Shown one piece after another: positions 35,082-35,143 of a DNA stretch of 35,143 nucleotides. Source of the stretch: a virus (lineage: Duplodnaviria > Caudoviricetes); IMG/VR virus record IMGVR_UViG_3300020161_002908, positions 1 through 35,143 of that record; one strand, written 5' to 3'. Below the pieces are notes generated by a model, which searched no databases, was not told where the DNA came from, and saw only the letters and a program-made list of their open reading frames with translations. Each line of letters opens with the position of its first letter. The stretch's first letter is position 1. Position numbers and translations under genes: made by a program.

Positions 35082-35143
35082 AAAAATATTAGTATCGCTA
35101 TCGATAACCGTAGCTGTCAGTTTATTATTTGCAATCATATTTA
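35074..35143 (+). CDS. Partial ORF with N-terminal hydrophobic segment
   Basis: MIKKILVSLSITVAVSLLFAIIF, open to the window end; overlaps the previous stop. Confidence 0.6.
   Translation, partial: MIKKILVSLSITVAVSLLFAIIF

Noticed and set aside
1-35143. Stop-codon reassignment
   Set aside because: Coding density is high under the standard code, and TAA, TAG and TGA all end intact genes.

Overview
An AT-rich fragment of a large T4-like myovirus genome, read with the standard code. It carries most of the T4-type replication, recombination and late-transcription core: uvsY, uvsW, gp55, gp47, gp46, gp43, uvsX, gp41, probable gp59, gp32, gp45 and gp61. It also has a dispersed 7-deazaguanine (preQ0) pathway (folE, queD, queE, queC), with non-canonical motifs in QueC, QueD and QueE, and a tightly coupled glutamine amidotransferase-GNAT-glycosyltransferase operon near queC. 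No dpdA/tgt is visible in the window. Two promoter classes are readable by eye: sigma70-like TTGAnn-N16-TATAAT before metabolic and replication genes, and gp55-type TAAATA before many small hypothetical genes. Both usually sit only 5-7 nt from the start codon with no Shine-Dalgarno, implying systematic leaderless mRNAs. Many late-promoter genes begin with a short leader ending in (I/L)-x-E that resembles T4 capsid-targeting, gp21-cleaved leaders. These may be a suite of virion-packaged proteins, including a ligase-like/HIGH-nucleotidyltransferase fusion, a retropepsin-like protease and a PD-(D/E)XK-like protein. All family calls come from motif recognition, not database searches.
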